A DNA stretch of 64,000 bases from an uncultured virus (IMG/VR IMGVR_UViG_3300032167_007852). Taxonomy: Duplodnaviria; Heunggongvirae; Uroviricota; Caudoviricetes. Every line of letters begins with the position of its first letter. Positions within the stretch are counted from its first letter, which is position 1. The notes beneath the pieces are model-generated. The model saw nothing but the letters and a program-made list of their open reading frames with translations. It was not told the DNA's origin and made no database searches. Made by a program: the position numbers and the translations under genes. The DNA lies in IMG/VR virus record IMGVR_UViG_3300032167_007852, positions 62,001 through 126,000 of that record; one strand, given 5' to 3'. Below, in pieces: positions 46,813-56,411 of this stretch.

Positions 46813-49373
46813 TATGCTCTAACGTAAACCTCAAATCTTTCAGTTACATCTGAAAATCCTTCAGTTTTTAATGTTATATTAACAGCGGCAGCTTCTGCAG
46901 TAAGCATAGTGACAGTTACTGCTAATCTTGAACCACCGTCAAGAACATTTGCAGCGATATCTATAGATGTCTTACTTCTATTAACTTCAAAGTTATAAGT
47001 ATATGAACTATTATAATTAGTAATGTCTGCATAGAATGTATGTTGTTCTCCAGGTATCATTTGTGATTCATATGCTGATAATATTAATCCCGGTTGATTG
47101 ATAACCTCAACATAAGCTAATTGAGATACCTCTATTCCATTAACAACAGCTTTAACTGTAATCATTCCTGATTTTTTTAGTGTTAACACACCACTATTAT
47201 TAATAGTTGCTATACTACTATCAGTAGTTGACCATGTTGCATTAGATTTATAACTACTTGGGTTAACTATTAAATTACTAGAAAGATCGACAGTTGTACC
47301 TGTTTTTCCTGTATATGTTGCAGCATCAACATCCATTTGAACAGCTATTATAGTTATAGCACATGTAGCAGTTTTACTACCGCAAGTTGCAGTTATTGTA
47401 GCTGTTCCTGCAGCTTTAGCGGATACAACTCCATTACTATTTACAGTTGCTACATTTGTATTAGATGATTTCCAACTAACAGTATCTGTAGTATTAGATG
47501 GTGTAGCAGTTGCAGTTAGTGTTACACTATTGTCAGCAGAAGTACTATTTTGATATTTATATAAATTCATCGTATGACTAGTTTTGTTCAAACTTAAACC
47601 TGTGCAAGATCTTTCGACTGTAACTGTAATTGAATCTGATTCACTTCCACATTTAACTGTTATATCAGCTGTACCTGGGGATTTAGCAAAAATTGTACCT
47701 TTAGTACCACCTGAAGTAGCACTAACTATAGCAACACTTGTTTTATTTGAACTCCATGTTATACTGTCAGTTGTATTAGATGGTTTGATTGTTGGAGTAA
47801 ATGTTACAGAATCAGTTCCTGATAGATCTAATGTATAAGTTGATTTAGATAAACTCACGGAAGTACAAGAAGCTATAACTGTAACAGTACATGTAGCTGT
47901 TCTATTACCACAAGTAGCAGTTAGAGTAGCAGTACCAATTCCTTGAGCTGTAATCAATCCTGTCGTTGTCACGTTAACAACACTGGTATCACTTGATTTC
48001 CATGTTATTATATCTGTTGTATCAGATGGTGTGACTGTAGCCTTGACTAATGTTGCTGAAGTTCCTGATAAATCTAATGCATACGATGATTGTTCTAATC
48101 TTATTCCGGCACACGATTTACCAGTATTAACCCTTATACTATCAAAATATTTACCACAAATTGCTTGAACATGGGCAGAACCTACACCAGTGATACTTAA
48201 ATACCCCTCTCCATTAACACTCATAACATTATCACCATCATCTAATATAGTCCATTGAACAGTTTCATCACAATTTTGTGGAGTTATATTTAATAACGTA
48301 TTTAAATTATACATAAAGTTACTTGTATATTCTAATTCGATTTCATCTTGTGTAAATGATAATCCAGTACATGGCACATTTACTTCTTCAGAAGTGTCAA
48401 CACCAGTACCAAGAACATATACAGATTTACGTATTAAATAAATAGTATTTATATTAATAAACTCTTCAAGACTATCTCCTGTATCAATATTACGTTTAAA
48501 GTATAGACCTAAATACCCAACACCATTTACAAGGTCAACATCAAGTGAATGTTTATTAACTCCTTGTTTTAGTGCTATAACGGTTCTATCTTCAACAAAC
48601 GTTGTACCGTCTACATCTGTAGGGTTACCGTTCTGATACCCTTGTTGTCCAGTTTTATTATTTCTAGTTAATCCTATTATAGTTGAATGGTCTGCTGCAT
48701 TTGTTATATCCATATGCATAACATCATATTCTCCAAAATCAACTTTGTTAGCCCAACTGAACCATATCGTACCATAGTTACTAGTCGAACCGGCTAATGT
48801 AAGGAAAATGTTATCAGTTGCATAACTAAACTTACTCGTATCACTAGGATGAACTATCTGACCAAACTCACTATTATTATTTACAACTCCTCGATTATAT
48901 AAATATAATGTTTGTTCTTTAACATGTACTTTACAAGCAACACTCTTTTTATCACATGTTACTATTATATCACATGTACCTAAATTTACAGGATGTATAG
49001 ATCCATCTCTATTAACCGTTGCAACATCAGTATTACTAGATGTAAAAGTTACTTCCTCAGTACAATTCGAAGGTGTAACTTTAACTGATAGTTTGAATGA
49101 ATTATCGACTGTATTTGTAAGTACTAATTCTCTGGCATTTAATTCTATTTTTTCACATGGTCTATAATTATAAACCAATTTACCATTAAAATACATTGAG
49201 CGAACTTGTTTCATTCCTGCTTCAAAAGCAACCTGATCATCAGAAACTTTAGATTCACCAACAATAGCTTTCCCTACAATAGCAACCTCTTCATCCGTTA
49301 ACGATGGTCTGTCTTTTGTATAGATATGATATATAAGAGGGTTTTTTCCATTAAGTCCTAAATTGTTTAACAT
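46812..49373 (-). CDS. Ig-like (Big_2) multi-domain virion surface protein
   Basis: repeated TPSNTTD.(I/V).WxSSN..VATV...G...A...GTATITATCG units. Confidence 0.85.
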   Translation of the reverse strand: MLNNLGLNGKNPLIYHIYTKDRPSLTDEEVAIVGKAIVGESKVSDDQVAFEAGMKQVRSMYFNGKLVYNYRPCEKIELNARELVLTNTVDNSFKLSVKVTPSNCTEEVTFTSSNTDVATVNRDGSIHPVNLGTCDIIVTCDKKSVACKVHVKEQTLYLYNRGVVNNNSEFGQIVHPSDTSKFSYATDNIFLTLAGSTSNYGTIWFSWANKVDFGEYDVMHMDITNAADHSTIIGLTRNNKTGQQGYQNGNPTDVDGTTFVEDRTVIALKQGVNKHSLDVDLVNGVGYLGLYFKRNIDTGDSLEEFININTIYLIRKSVYVLGTGVDTSEEVNVPCTGLSFTQDEIELEYTSNFMYNLNTLLNITPQNCDETVQWTILDDGDNVMSVNGEGYLSITGVGSAHVQAICGKYFDSIRVNTGKSCAGIRLEQSSYALDLSGTSATLVKATVTPSDTTDIITWKSSDTSVVNVTTTGLITAQGIGTATLTATCGNRTATCTVTVIASCTSVSLSKSTYTLDLSGTDSVTFTPTIKPSNTTDSITWSSNKTSVAIVSATSGGTKGTIFAKSPGTADITVKCGSESDSITVTVERSCTGLSLNKTSHTMNLYKYQNSTSADNSVTLTATATPSNTTDTVSWKSSNTNVATVNSNGVVSAKAAGTATITATCGSKTATCAITIIAVQMDVDAATYTGKTGTTVDLSSNLIVNPSSYKSNATWSTTDSSIATINNSGVLTLKKSGMITVKAVVNGIEVSQLAYVEVINQPGLILSAYESQMIPGEQHTFYADITNYNSSYTYNFEVNRSKTSIDIAANVLDGGSRLAVTVTMLTAEAAAVNITLKTEGFSDVTERFEVYVRA

Positions 49374-49386
49374 TATTATTACCCCC

Positions 49387-50427
49387 TTAATCTATAATTA
49401 TATACAATCTTCCATGTTCTACTCTAGTCAGAGCTTGATACTCTGCATTTGTACCTACCCAAAATTTAAGATATTGCTCTTTAACTTCATCTACAACTTC
49501 ATGTAAATCTTCTATATCTTTATGTAATCCTGTAGCAGGATCGTCGTCTTTAGCAGGTGTTCCTACTAAATTTTGTAGTTCGTTTATTTTTTCTAATAAA
49601 GGTACTGTATATGTATTACCATCAACATATCCTACCATTTGTTTAATATCATTAATATCTTTAATTATACCGTCTCTGGCTTCTTCATCACCTTCAGTAT
49701 TGGCACCTATTAGTTCTCTTAGTTCCTCTAATTGTTGGATTAATCCTTTTTGATCTCCTTCGGCTTCTATACCAACAAATTCTTCTAAGTTATCAAGTCT
49801 ATCTTGTAAATTAGACCCTCCTTCTTCTTCATCTCCTAGACCAACAAATGTTTTTATATCTTGTATTTCTTTTTCATTAGTTACTTGCTTTCCTTCAAGT
49901 ACTGCAATTCTATTACTGTTTAGTTGTATATTATTTTTATTCGTTTGCACTTGTGCATTAATTCCAGTTACTACTTGATCTATACTACCTTGTAAATTAC
50001 CAGCAGTTTGTTTTATGTTATTAATTTCTGTATTTATATTAAGTATATTAGTTGTATTCGTAGAAACTTTTTCAGTAATTTTTGATAGTTCATCTCTATG
50101 CTCTTTATCTAAAATAAGAGCTTGTTCAGCCATTTGAGCTATTTGTTTTTTAATTGAAGACAAATCCCCATTAACTATAGTCTCTTGTCTTTGTTCTAGT
50201 TTTTCTACAGCTTCTTGTATAAGTCTTAAATCGTTAATAACTTCCCATCTTCCAGGAGATCCAGCTAATACACACACCCAACCAAATACTCCATTTTCTT
50301 GTTTATTGGATATAACTATATCACCAACTATAAAGTCACCTTGTGTTGGAGGGTTATCTAGACAAAGCATCTTATTATTATCAAAAAATCCGGCTTCATC
50401 ATTACTTATATATAAGCGTTTTTTCAT
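49387..50427 (-). CDS. coiled-coil fibre-like protein (paralog B)
   Basis: N-terminal PPT.G....GDIV...GWVC...G.PG.W, coiled coil, C-terminal FWVGT..EY.AL...LYII. Confidence 0.7.
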   Translation of the reverse strand: MKKRLYISNDEAGFFDNNKMLCLDNPPTQGDFIVGDIVISNKQENGVFGWVCVLAGSPGRWEVINDLRLIQEAVEKLEQRQETIVNGDLSSIKKQIAQMAEQALILDKEHRDELSKITEKVSTNTTNILNINTEINNIKQTAGNLQGSIDQVVTGINAQVQTNKNNIQLNSNRIAVLEGKQVTNEKEIQDIKTFVGLGDEEEGGSNLQDRLDNLEEFVGIEAEGDQKGLIQQLEELRELIGANTEGDEEARDGIIKDINDIKQMVGYVDGNTYTVPLLEKINELQNLVGTPAKDDDPATGLHKDIEDLHEVVDEVKEQYLKFWVGTNAEYQALTRVEHGRLYIIID

Positions 50428-50488
50428 TCCATATCACTCCTTTTCTATTAAATTCTATACGCTTATCTGATTGTTTTTATAGCCTTAA

Positions 50489-51424
50489 TTAGGTTACTGT
50501 AACCTTACAATCTGCAGAACACTTACCACATTTAAATGTTATGACAGTTGCTCCTGATTGAAAAATACCATTTGAGAATACATACCATTTTCCACCAATA
50601 CATTCAACATATACCATATCTGGATTATGTACTGTACAAGTTACAACATCAGTTGTATTTGCTGGTTCAACCGTCACATTAATTAATTGACCTCCACCAT
50701 TTTCAGGTAATATGTTTTCATTATCAACTGTAACTTCCTCATCACATGTTATTTTTGTACAAGGTATATTAGTATCAATTACATTAACAACACAATTATC
50801 CATTTTATTACCACATCTACCAGTAATAGTACATGTTCCCATAGATAAAGTTTTTATCCAGAATTCATCGGTACCTGTGCTATGATGTTCAACTTCTATA
50901 ATATTTGGATCTGATAACTCGTAAGTAACTTCATCTTCACAATCGTCAGGTGTTATTATATATTTAAGTTTATAGTAAGTTTTATCAACAACTTCAAGAT
51001 TTACTTGATTTTCATTAAATTTAAAACTTCTACAACTACGATCGTTAATTATACTTAAATTGATAGTGTCACTATAAGATTCACAAGTAGTAGTTACTAA
51101 TATATTCAATTCATCAACATCTAAACTAATATCCCCAACTAATCTTGTTAATACACCATTAGATATACTAAAATAACTATTAGATTCTATAGACCAAATT
51201 ACTGGTTCTGTGCAATCATTAGGTGATATATTATAATCAATATTATAAGTATCTCCAGCACTACCTTCTAGTGGAATCGATATCGATTCTTCTATAATAT
51301 TTAATCCTGTGCATGGTATGTATTCGTAAATTATATCATCATTAAAAACCATTCTCCTAATTCTCTTATTATAAGTACGATACTTTGGAGGTTTCCCTCC
51401 ATTAATGTATAATTTATTTATCAT
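50489..51424 (-). CDS. Ig-like (Big_2) domain virion protein
   Basis: three C..-PxDC/PANTT..V..-GTCTIT..CG units; N-terminus similar to 46812..49373. Confidence 0.75.
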   Translation of the reverse strand: MINKLYINGGKPPKYRTYNKRIRRMVFNDDIIYEYIPCTGLNIIEESISIPLEGSAGDTYNIDYNISPNDCTEPVIWSIESNSYFSISNGVLTRLVGDISLDVDELNILVTTTCESYSDTINLSIINDRSCRSFKFNENQVNLEVVDKTYYKLKYIITPDDCEDEVTYELSDPNIIEVEHHSTGTDEFWIKTLSMGTCTITGRCGNKMDNCVVNVIDTNIPCTKITCDEEVTVDNENILPENGGGQLINVTVEPANTTDVVTCTVHNPDMVYVECIGGKWYVFSNGIFQSGATVITFKCGKCSADCKVTVT

Positions 51425-51436
51425 CGGAACACCTCC

Positions 51437-52918
51437 TTAATCTGTTATTATGTATAGTCTATTTGGATCTTTTGTTGGTATTGCATCAAATTGATCCTGT
51501 GTCCCAATCCAGAATGTAAGAAATCCTTCATGACCATGTGTTTTAGGTGCAAAGATATCACTATAATCATGAGTATGATTTATATCCGAATACACACCAT
51601 CATGTTCATGTGTTTTAGGTGCAAAGATATCACTATAATCATGAGTATGATTTATATCCGAATACACACCATCATGTTCATGTGTTTTAGGTGCATAATC
51701 GTCATCATGATTATGATCATTCATTTGACTTTTAAGTGTTGTAATATCATTCGTATTAGTATTTATTTTCTTATTAACATCAGTTAAATCTACTCCTTCA
51801 GGTATATCTAAATCATTTATCATACCTCTAAGTTTTTCTATATCAACATCGTGCCCATCAACTCTACCTTTAAGAGTATCAATATCTCTAGCATTATCTG
51901 ATATATTCGTTTTATTTGTATTTATATCTTTAATAACATCAGTTAAATCCACTTCTTCAGGTATATCTAAATCATTTATCATATCTTTCAGTTCTTCTAG
52001 ATCAGCATCATGCCCATCAACTCTACCTTTAAGAGTATTAATATCTCCAGCATTAGTAGATATATTTGTGGTATTGGTATTTATTTTCTTATTAACATCA
52101 GTTAAATCTACTTCTTCTGGTATTTCTAGTCCATCTAAGTCCTCTCTCAACTTAGCTATATCTGTATCATTAGAGGCGATATTATTTTTATTTGTATTTA
52201 TATCCTTTATAATATCAGTTAAATCCACTTCTTCTGGTATATCTAAACCTGCAATTAAATCAAATAATTCATCTATGTCTCCTTTATTATTGGATATATT
52301 AGTTATATTATTATCAACTTTTCTTTTTAATTCAGATATATCTGATGTATGTATATCAATATTACCAGTATTCGTCTGAACCTTTCCTTTTAATTCTTCG
52401 ATATTAGTATCATTTTCTCCAATATTCGTAGTATTTACATTTACTTTTTTAGTAAGTTCAGCTATAGATTCTCTAAGTTCACTTCCTAAACTAGTATTAC
52501 TTCCTCCTAATGCAGCAACATCAGCTAATAACTTAGTTATGTTGCCTGTATTGATTTGAACTTGATCGTCTATATCATTAATATTACTATCTTGAGAAAC
52601 ATTTTTATTTTTAAGTTCATCATAAAGTTTTTCAAGTCTTTGTCTTAATGCACTTATAAGATCATCATGTGTAACATCTTTATTTTGTAATTCTTTAATC
52701 GCTTCTTTAATAGCACCAAGATCTGCAACAGATCTCCATGTACCAGGTTCTCCTGATCTGATACAAACCCACCCAAGCGTTTCTTTTTCCTGATGACTTG
52801 ATATAACAATGTCACCTACTTTGTATGATCCAGTTGTTGGAGGTTCTGGTAAGCAATGTAATTGGTGTTCTGCAAAATATGAAGCTTCTATATTACTTAC
52901 ATACTTTCTTGTAGCCAT
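51437..52918 (-). CDS. coiled-coil fibre-like protein (paralog A) with HxH repeats
   Basis: same N- and C-terminal motifs as 49387..50427; four IPE(E/G)VDLTD repeats; HTH/HEH repeats. Confidence 0.75.
   Translation of the reverse strand: MATRKYVSNIEASYFAEHQLHCLPEPPTTGSYKVGDIVISSHQEKETLGWVCIRSGEPGTWRSVADLGAIKEAIKELQNKDVTHDDLISALRQRLEKLYDELKNKNVSQDSNINDIDDQVQINTGNITKLLADVAALGGSNTSLGSELRESIAELTKKVNVNTTNIGENDTNIEELKGKVQTNTGNIDIHTSDISELKRKVDNNITNISNNKGDIDELFDLIAGLDIPEEVDLTDIIKDINTNKNNIASNDTDIAKLREDLDGLEIPEEVDLTDVNKKINTNTTNISTNAGDINTLKGRVDGHDADLEELKDMINDLDIPEEVDLTDVIKDINTNKTNISDNARDIDTLKGRVDGHDVDIEKLRGMINDLDIPEGVDLTDVNKKINTNTNDITTLKSQMNDHNHDDDYAPKTHEHDGVYSDINHTHDYSDIFAPKTHEHDGVYSDINHTHDYSDIFAPKTHGHEGFLTFWIGTQDQFDAIPTKDPNRLYIITD
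51535..51695. repeat. 72-bp tandem coding repeat (two full copies plus a partial)
   Basis: CATGTGTTTTAGGTGCA at 51535, 51607 and 51679; encodes APKTHEHDGVYSDINHTHDYSDIF. Confidence 0.9.
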
Positions 52919-52976
52919 TTCAGCTCATCTCCTTTACTTATTATTTATTATGGGATTGTTTTTGAGCCAGAAAAAA

Positions 52977-53005
52977 GATATAGTATGACCTAGTCATACT
53001 ATATC
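52977..53005 (-). terminator. intrinsic terminator
   Basis: GATATAGTATGAC-CTA-GTCATACTATATC preceded by an A run on the + strand. Confidence 0.75.
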
Positions 53006-53222
53006 AATTATTTAAAATATCTAATATATTTATAGGTAATATCATTTCATGACCATGTTCATCTCTAACTTCCAAAACTGTAGTTTCTCCATCAATTTTA
53101 GCAATCATTTTACAATCACCATCAAAACCACTGTCCTTTAATAATCCTATAACTGCTAGTTTAGAACCATCATCCAATATTTCCCATAATAAATTATTAT
53201 ATAATTTTATTGGTTCTTCCAT
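53004..53222 (-). CDS. hypothetical protein
   Basis: 72-aa ORF with SD. Confidence 0.6.
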   Translation of the reverse strand: MEEPIKLYNNLLWEILDDGSKLAVIGLLKDSGFDGDCKMIAKIDGETTVLEVRDEHGHEMILPINILDILNN

Positions 53223-53235
53223 ATAATCACCTTCT

Positions 53236-53460
53236 TCATCTTGTAAATTGTCTTATTGAATTGTGTGTATTTATAACAAGACAAAGAACATTATCTTCAT
53301 CTAATACCAACACAACATCTTTTAATTCATGTTTATGTTCATCCATATAATATTCAAGCCAATCATGTTGTTCTTGAGTTAATTTCTTACATATAGCTAG
53401 ATTCTTAACCAATCTATTAAATTCTCCTATTTTAATTGGGCATGGTATTCCTTTTTTCAT
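53236..53460 (-). CDS. hypothetical protein
   Basis: 74-aa ORF with SD. Confidence 0.6.
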   Translation of the reverse strand: MKKGIPCPIKIGEFNRLVKNLAICKKLTQEQHDWLEYYMDEHKHELKDVVLVLDEDNVLCLVINTHNSIRQFTR

Positions 53461-53472
53461 ATAAATTTCCTC

Positions 53473-54546
53473 CTATTCATTTAACAATTTGTGTTGTACT
53501 ATACTCATTAATTCTTCAACTTCAGTTAATTCATTTGTATCCATTTCAAAATAACTGTATATAGGTACATTCATCTTAAATACATGATTAAAACAACCTA
53601 AACAACATAACATTTGAATATGTTCAGTTCCTTCTTCTGTTTTAAGATTATAAACTAACATGTACCAATTATAAATATATTGATCTATTTTATTTGCTAA
53701 ATCACCTTCTATTTCTGCATAACTTCTAGGTAATACAACTCTAAATTGTTCTTGTTCTATGAAATCATACATATTCTCTATTTTTATACCTTGTTTAGGT
53801 ACATCATTAACTATATCTCTGTATGCTACTAAACTACAAGAACCTATTGTTGATAACTTAACCTCATTAGCATAATTATTAACACAATATTCAATATATT
53901 CTTCATTTGATAAAATTCTTATATTTTCACCTACAGAATCTAATAAGAATTGTCTATTTTCATCATCAAGTTTCATTCTTATAAATAAATCATCAGCAAC
54001 TATAACATCATCTAACGACATAGCTATAGTTACAAGTTTTTCCATTAATTCATCATAATTACTAAATATAACTAAAATATCCATCAATTCATCATATTTA
54101 CCACATGTTAAAAAGAAATAAAATAAATCTTTAATAGAAGCAGAAACTCTAATATTTACTAACTTACTATTAGGTTCTAAATATTCTATTTCTTTTTTAG
54201 ACATATTAAGTTTAATTAATTCTTGTTGTATTTCAACATACTCAGTTATTAATCTTTCATACTCTTTCTCAAATTTTTCATTTGGAAATTCCATTCTAAC
54301 AAAACTGATATCATTAGGAACTAATCCAACACTTATATTTTTCATTGATAAAAGAGTTGTATAAGCCAATGTATCTACATCTTCCAATATGAAAGAAATA
54401 TTAAAACTATCTAAATCATCTAATACATTTCTTATTCTTTTATTGTTAATAAAACTTTTTTCTTCTTGTACAAATCCTAACAATGCTTCTGCAACATCAT
54501 TTAAACCTGTTTCAAAAAAATCACTATTTTCAATCGTTAATATCAT
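53473..54546 (-). CDS. tandem ThyX-like protein lacking the catalytic RHR motif
   Basis: SFNISFILEDVD...LLSMKNIS and LIKLNMSKKEIEYLEPNS..VNIRVSASIKDLFYFF parallel ThyX segments; a second, degenerate copy in the C-terminal half. Confidence 0.5.
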   Translation of the reverse strand: MILTIENSDFFETGLNDVAEALLGFVQEEKSFINNKRIRNVLDDLDSFNISFILEDVDTLAYTTLLSMKNISVGLVPNDISFVRMEFPNEKFEKEYERLITEYVEIQQELIKLNMSKKEIEYLEPNSKLVNIRVSASIKDLFYFFLTCGKYDELMDILVIFSNYDELMEKLVTIAMSLDDVIVADDLFIRMKLDDENRQFLLDSVGENIRILSNEEYIEYCVNNYANEVKLSTIGSCSLVAYRDIVNDVPKQGIKIENMYDFIEQEQFRVVLPRSYAEIEGDLANKIDQYIYNWYMLVYNLKTEEGTEHIQMLCCLGCFNHVFKMNVPIYSYFEMDTNELTEVEELMSIVQHKLLNE

Positions 54547-54558
54547 CTTATCAGCTCC

Positions 54559-54846
54559 TTACATTAAATCTAAATTTACGTCTATAAATTTATTGACTAT
54601 TTCAACATACTGAACTTTAAATTCTCTTATGTTTTCTAATCCTTTATATTCATATTCTTCTATTGTAAAAACATCTTTGTATAAATCGTAAGGTATCCAT
54701 TGATCGGTTTTTACTAAAAAATCAATCCATTGAATAAGGTGTTTCTTCTCAAAAAATTCATCTACTGTTAAATCAAATACATGTTTTGAACCATTTAAAC
54801 AGATTAAAGTTATTTGATATCCCTTATATTCATGATTTATTTCCAT
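54559..54846 (-). CDS. hypothetical protein
   Basis: 95-aa ORF with SD. Confidence 0.6.
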   Translation of the reverse strand: MEINHEYKGYQITLICLNGSKHVFDLTVDEFFEKKHLIQWIDFLVKTDQWIPYDLYKDVFTIEEYEYKGLENIREFKVQYVEIVNKFIDVNLDLM

Positions 54847-54857
54847 TGTCTCACCCC

Positions 54858-55013
54858 TTACATGTTATATACTTTTACTGTTTGTTCTTTTCCACATTCA
54901 CTACACATGATTGTTATCTCAAACCATCCGTCATCAGTTTCTTGAGAATAATGTGTTACATCATGTACTGTTTCTTTTCCACATTCTTTACAAAAAATAA
55001 TAGTTACATCCAT
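54858..55013 (-). CDS. 51-aa zinc-ribbon protein (CxxC-x25-CxxC), not in ORF track
   Basis: GGGGTGA SD; MDVTIIFCKECGKETVHDVTHYSQETDDGWFEITIMCSECGKEQTVKVYNM*. Confidence 0.75.
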   Translation of the reverse strand: MDVTIIFCKECGKETVHDVTHYSQETDDGWFEITIMCSECGKEQTVKVYNM

Positions 55014-55092
55014 TTTATTCACCCCACATTTTTTATTAATTTATAAAGATGTTGGACTATAAATAATTATCTATAATCCAACATCTCTTGTA

Positions 55093-55659
55093 TTAAATTA
55101 AATCATAATATGATATGATATCACCTATCATCTCAGAACCTGATTTACCAGCTAAAACAGACATTAATCCTATCGCTCTTGTATTACCTCTTATTTGAAA
55201 TGGTTTATTTGCAAATCCAAATGTAAATTTTATCTTTTGCCATAAACTTTCTTTCTTATAAACTAAATCAGATTCTATAGAATGTTTTAATATTTCCGTA
55301 GCATTAATTGTCTTACCTTCATGTTCGTATATATAATGTAATAGAAAACAGAAAACCATTGCTCTATTTAATAAACTATCTCCGCCTAAAGTTATATATT
55401 TATCAGCTAATGTTGATAATATAAACATCATAGCACCTGAATCATCTGGTAATCCACTTGTATCTTTTATTATTTCATCTACAGTTGTTAGATTATAATC
55501 TGCTATTATACCTAATAACCTTTTAAATGTTTTATTTATTATAATTTCGCCTTCTTTAACTTTCCAAAAATCACAACCATTGAAGGTTGTAATATATTCA
55601 TTTAATTCATCACCTATTTCATTTACTATTCTATCCATTATTCTTTGTTCTCTTAACAT
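55093..55659 (-). CDS. hypothetical protein
   Basis: ORF; start chosen from the SD. Confidence 0.65.
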   Translation of the reverse strand: MLREQRIMDRIVNEIGDELNEYITTFNGCDFWKVKEGEIIINKTFKRLLGIIADYNLTTVDEIIKDTSGLPDDSGAMMFILSTLADKYITLGGDSLLNRAMVFCFLLHYIYEHEGKTINATEILKHSIESDLVYKKESLWQKIKFTFGFANKPFQIRGNTRAIGLMSVLAGKSGSEMIGDIISYYDLI

Positions 55660-55673
55660 ATACAATACCTCCT

Positions 55674-56321
55674 TTAATTGTTAAAATATTGTAACACGCT
55701 ATCAAAATCAATATTATCGTAATATTCTTTTAATAATGTTTGTACTTGTTCTACAGGTGCATCTTCACCTATTGATATACGTTTATTAAGATAATCATTT
55801 TTAGCATTTGCTAAATTACAACCTTCTATAGTTGATGTCATAACATTATTATCTGGAAGATATATTCCTCCTGAACTTATTTCATAATTATCTGCTATTG
55901 AAGATGTTTCTATTGTATCTGTATCAAATTGTTGTATTATTCCATTTGTAGCCATATCATTATAAACTAATGATATGTTATTATCATTTAATATTTTTGC
56001 TAATTGTGATATCACATCACCTGTTACGTCTCCACTTATATTTTCCCTATAAGCCATTTCATTTATAAATCTGTTTAAATTCATTATGTCTATAGCCTGG
56101 TCAATATTAGTTTTATCTATAACTGGACCATTGTTCATATTATAATGATATACCATATTCTTTAAATCATTAGGATCATACTTTTGTTGACTTAAGTTGT
56201 ATTTATTTGCTAAATGTTTTATTGTAACTGTACCTAAATATTTTAAGATATCTTGTGTTGATTTTTTACCTAATAATGTTTTAGCTCCATTTAATAACAT
56301 TCCTACACAATTATTAATCAT
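55674..56321 (-). CDS. hypothetical early protein
   Basis: 215-aa ORF with SD, downstream of an early-type motif. Confidence 0.7.
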   Translation of the reverse strand: MINNCVGMLLNGAKTLLGKKSTQDILKYLGTVTIKHLANKYNLSQQKYDPNDLKNMVYHYNMNNGPVIDKTNIDQAIDIMNLNRFINEMAYRENISGDVTGDVISQLAKILNDNNISLVYNDMATNGIIQQFDTDTIETSSIADNYEISSGGIYLPDNNVMTSTIEGCNLANAKNDYLNKRISIGEDAPVEQVQTLLKEYYDNIDFDSVLQYFNN

Positions 56322-56371
56322 AAATAATTACCTCCTATAATTTTAAATTAAATAATTACATATTATATCTA

Positions 56372-56411
56372 TCATAGATATAATATGTAATTGAAATATT
56401 ACTCTGTTACA
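56372..56411 (-). promoter_or_regulatory. phage early-type promoter motif, copy 6 (overlaps a 39-bp palindrome)
   Basis: - strand TGTAA-N10-TTTCAATTACATATTATATCTATGA. Confidence 0.7.

Noticed and set aside
51535..51695. Possible CRISPR array
   Set aside because: The units are contiguous, in-frame 72-bp coding repeats with no unique spacers, and no cas genes were seen.
46812..52918. Diversity-generating retroelement acting on the Ig/fibre genes
   Set aside because: No reverse transcriptase and no TR/VR pair differing at adenines were seen in this window.
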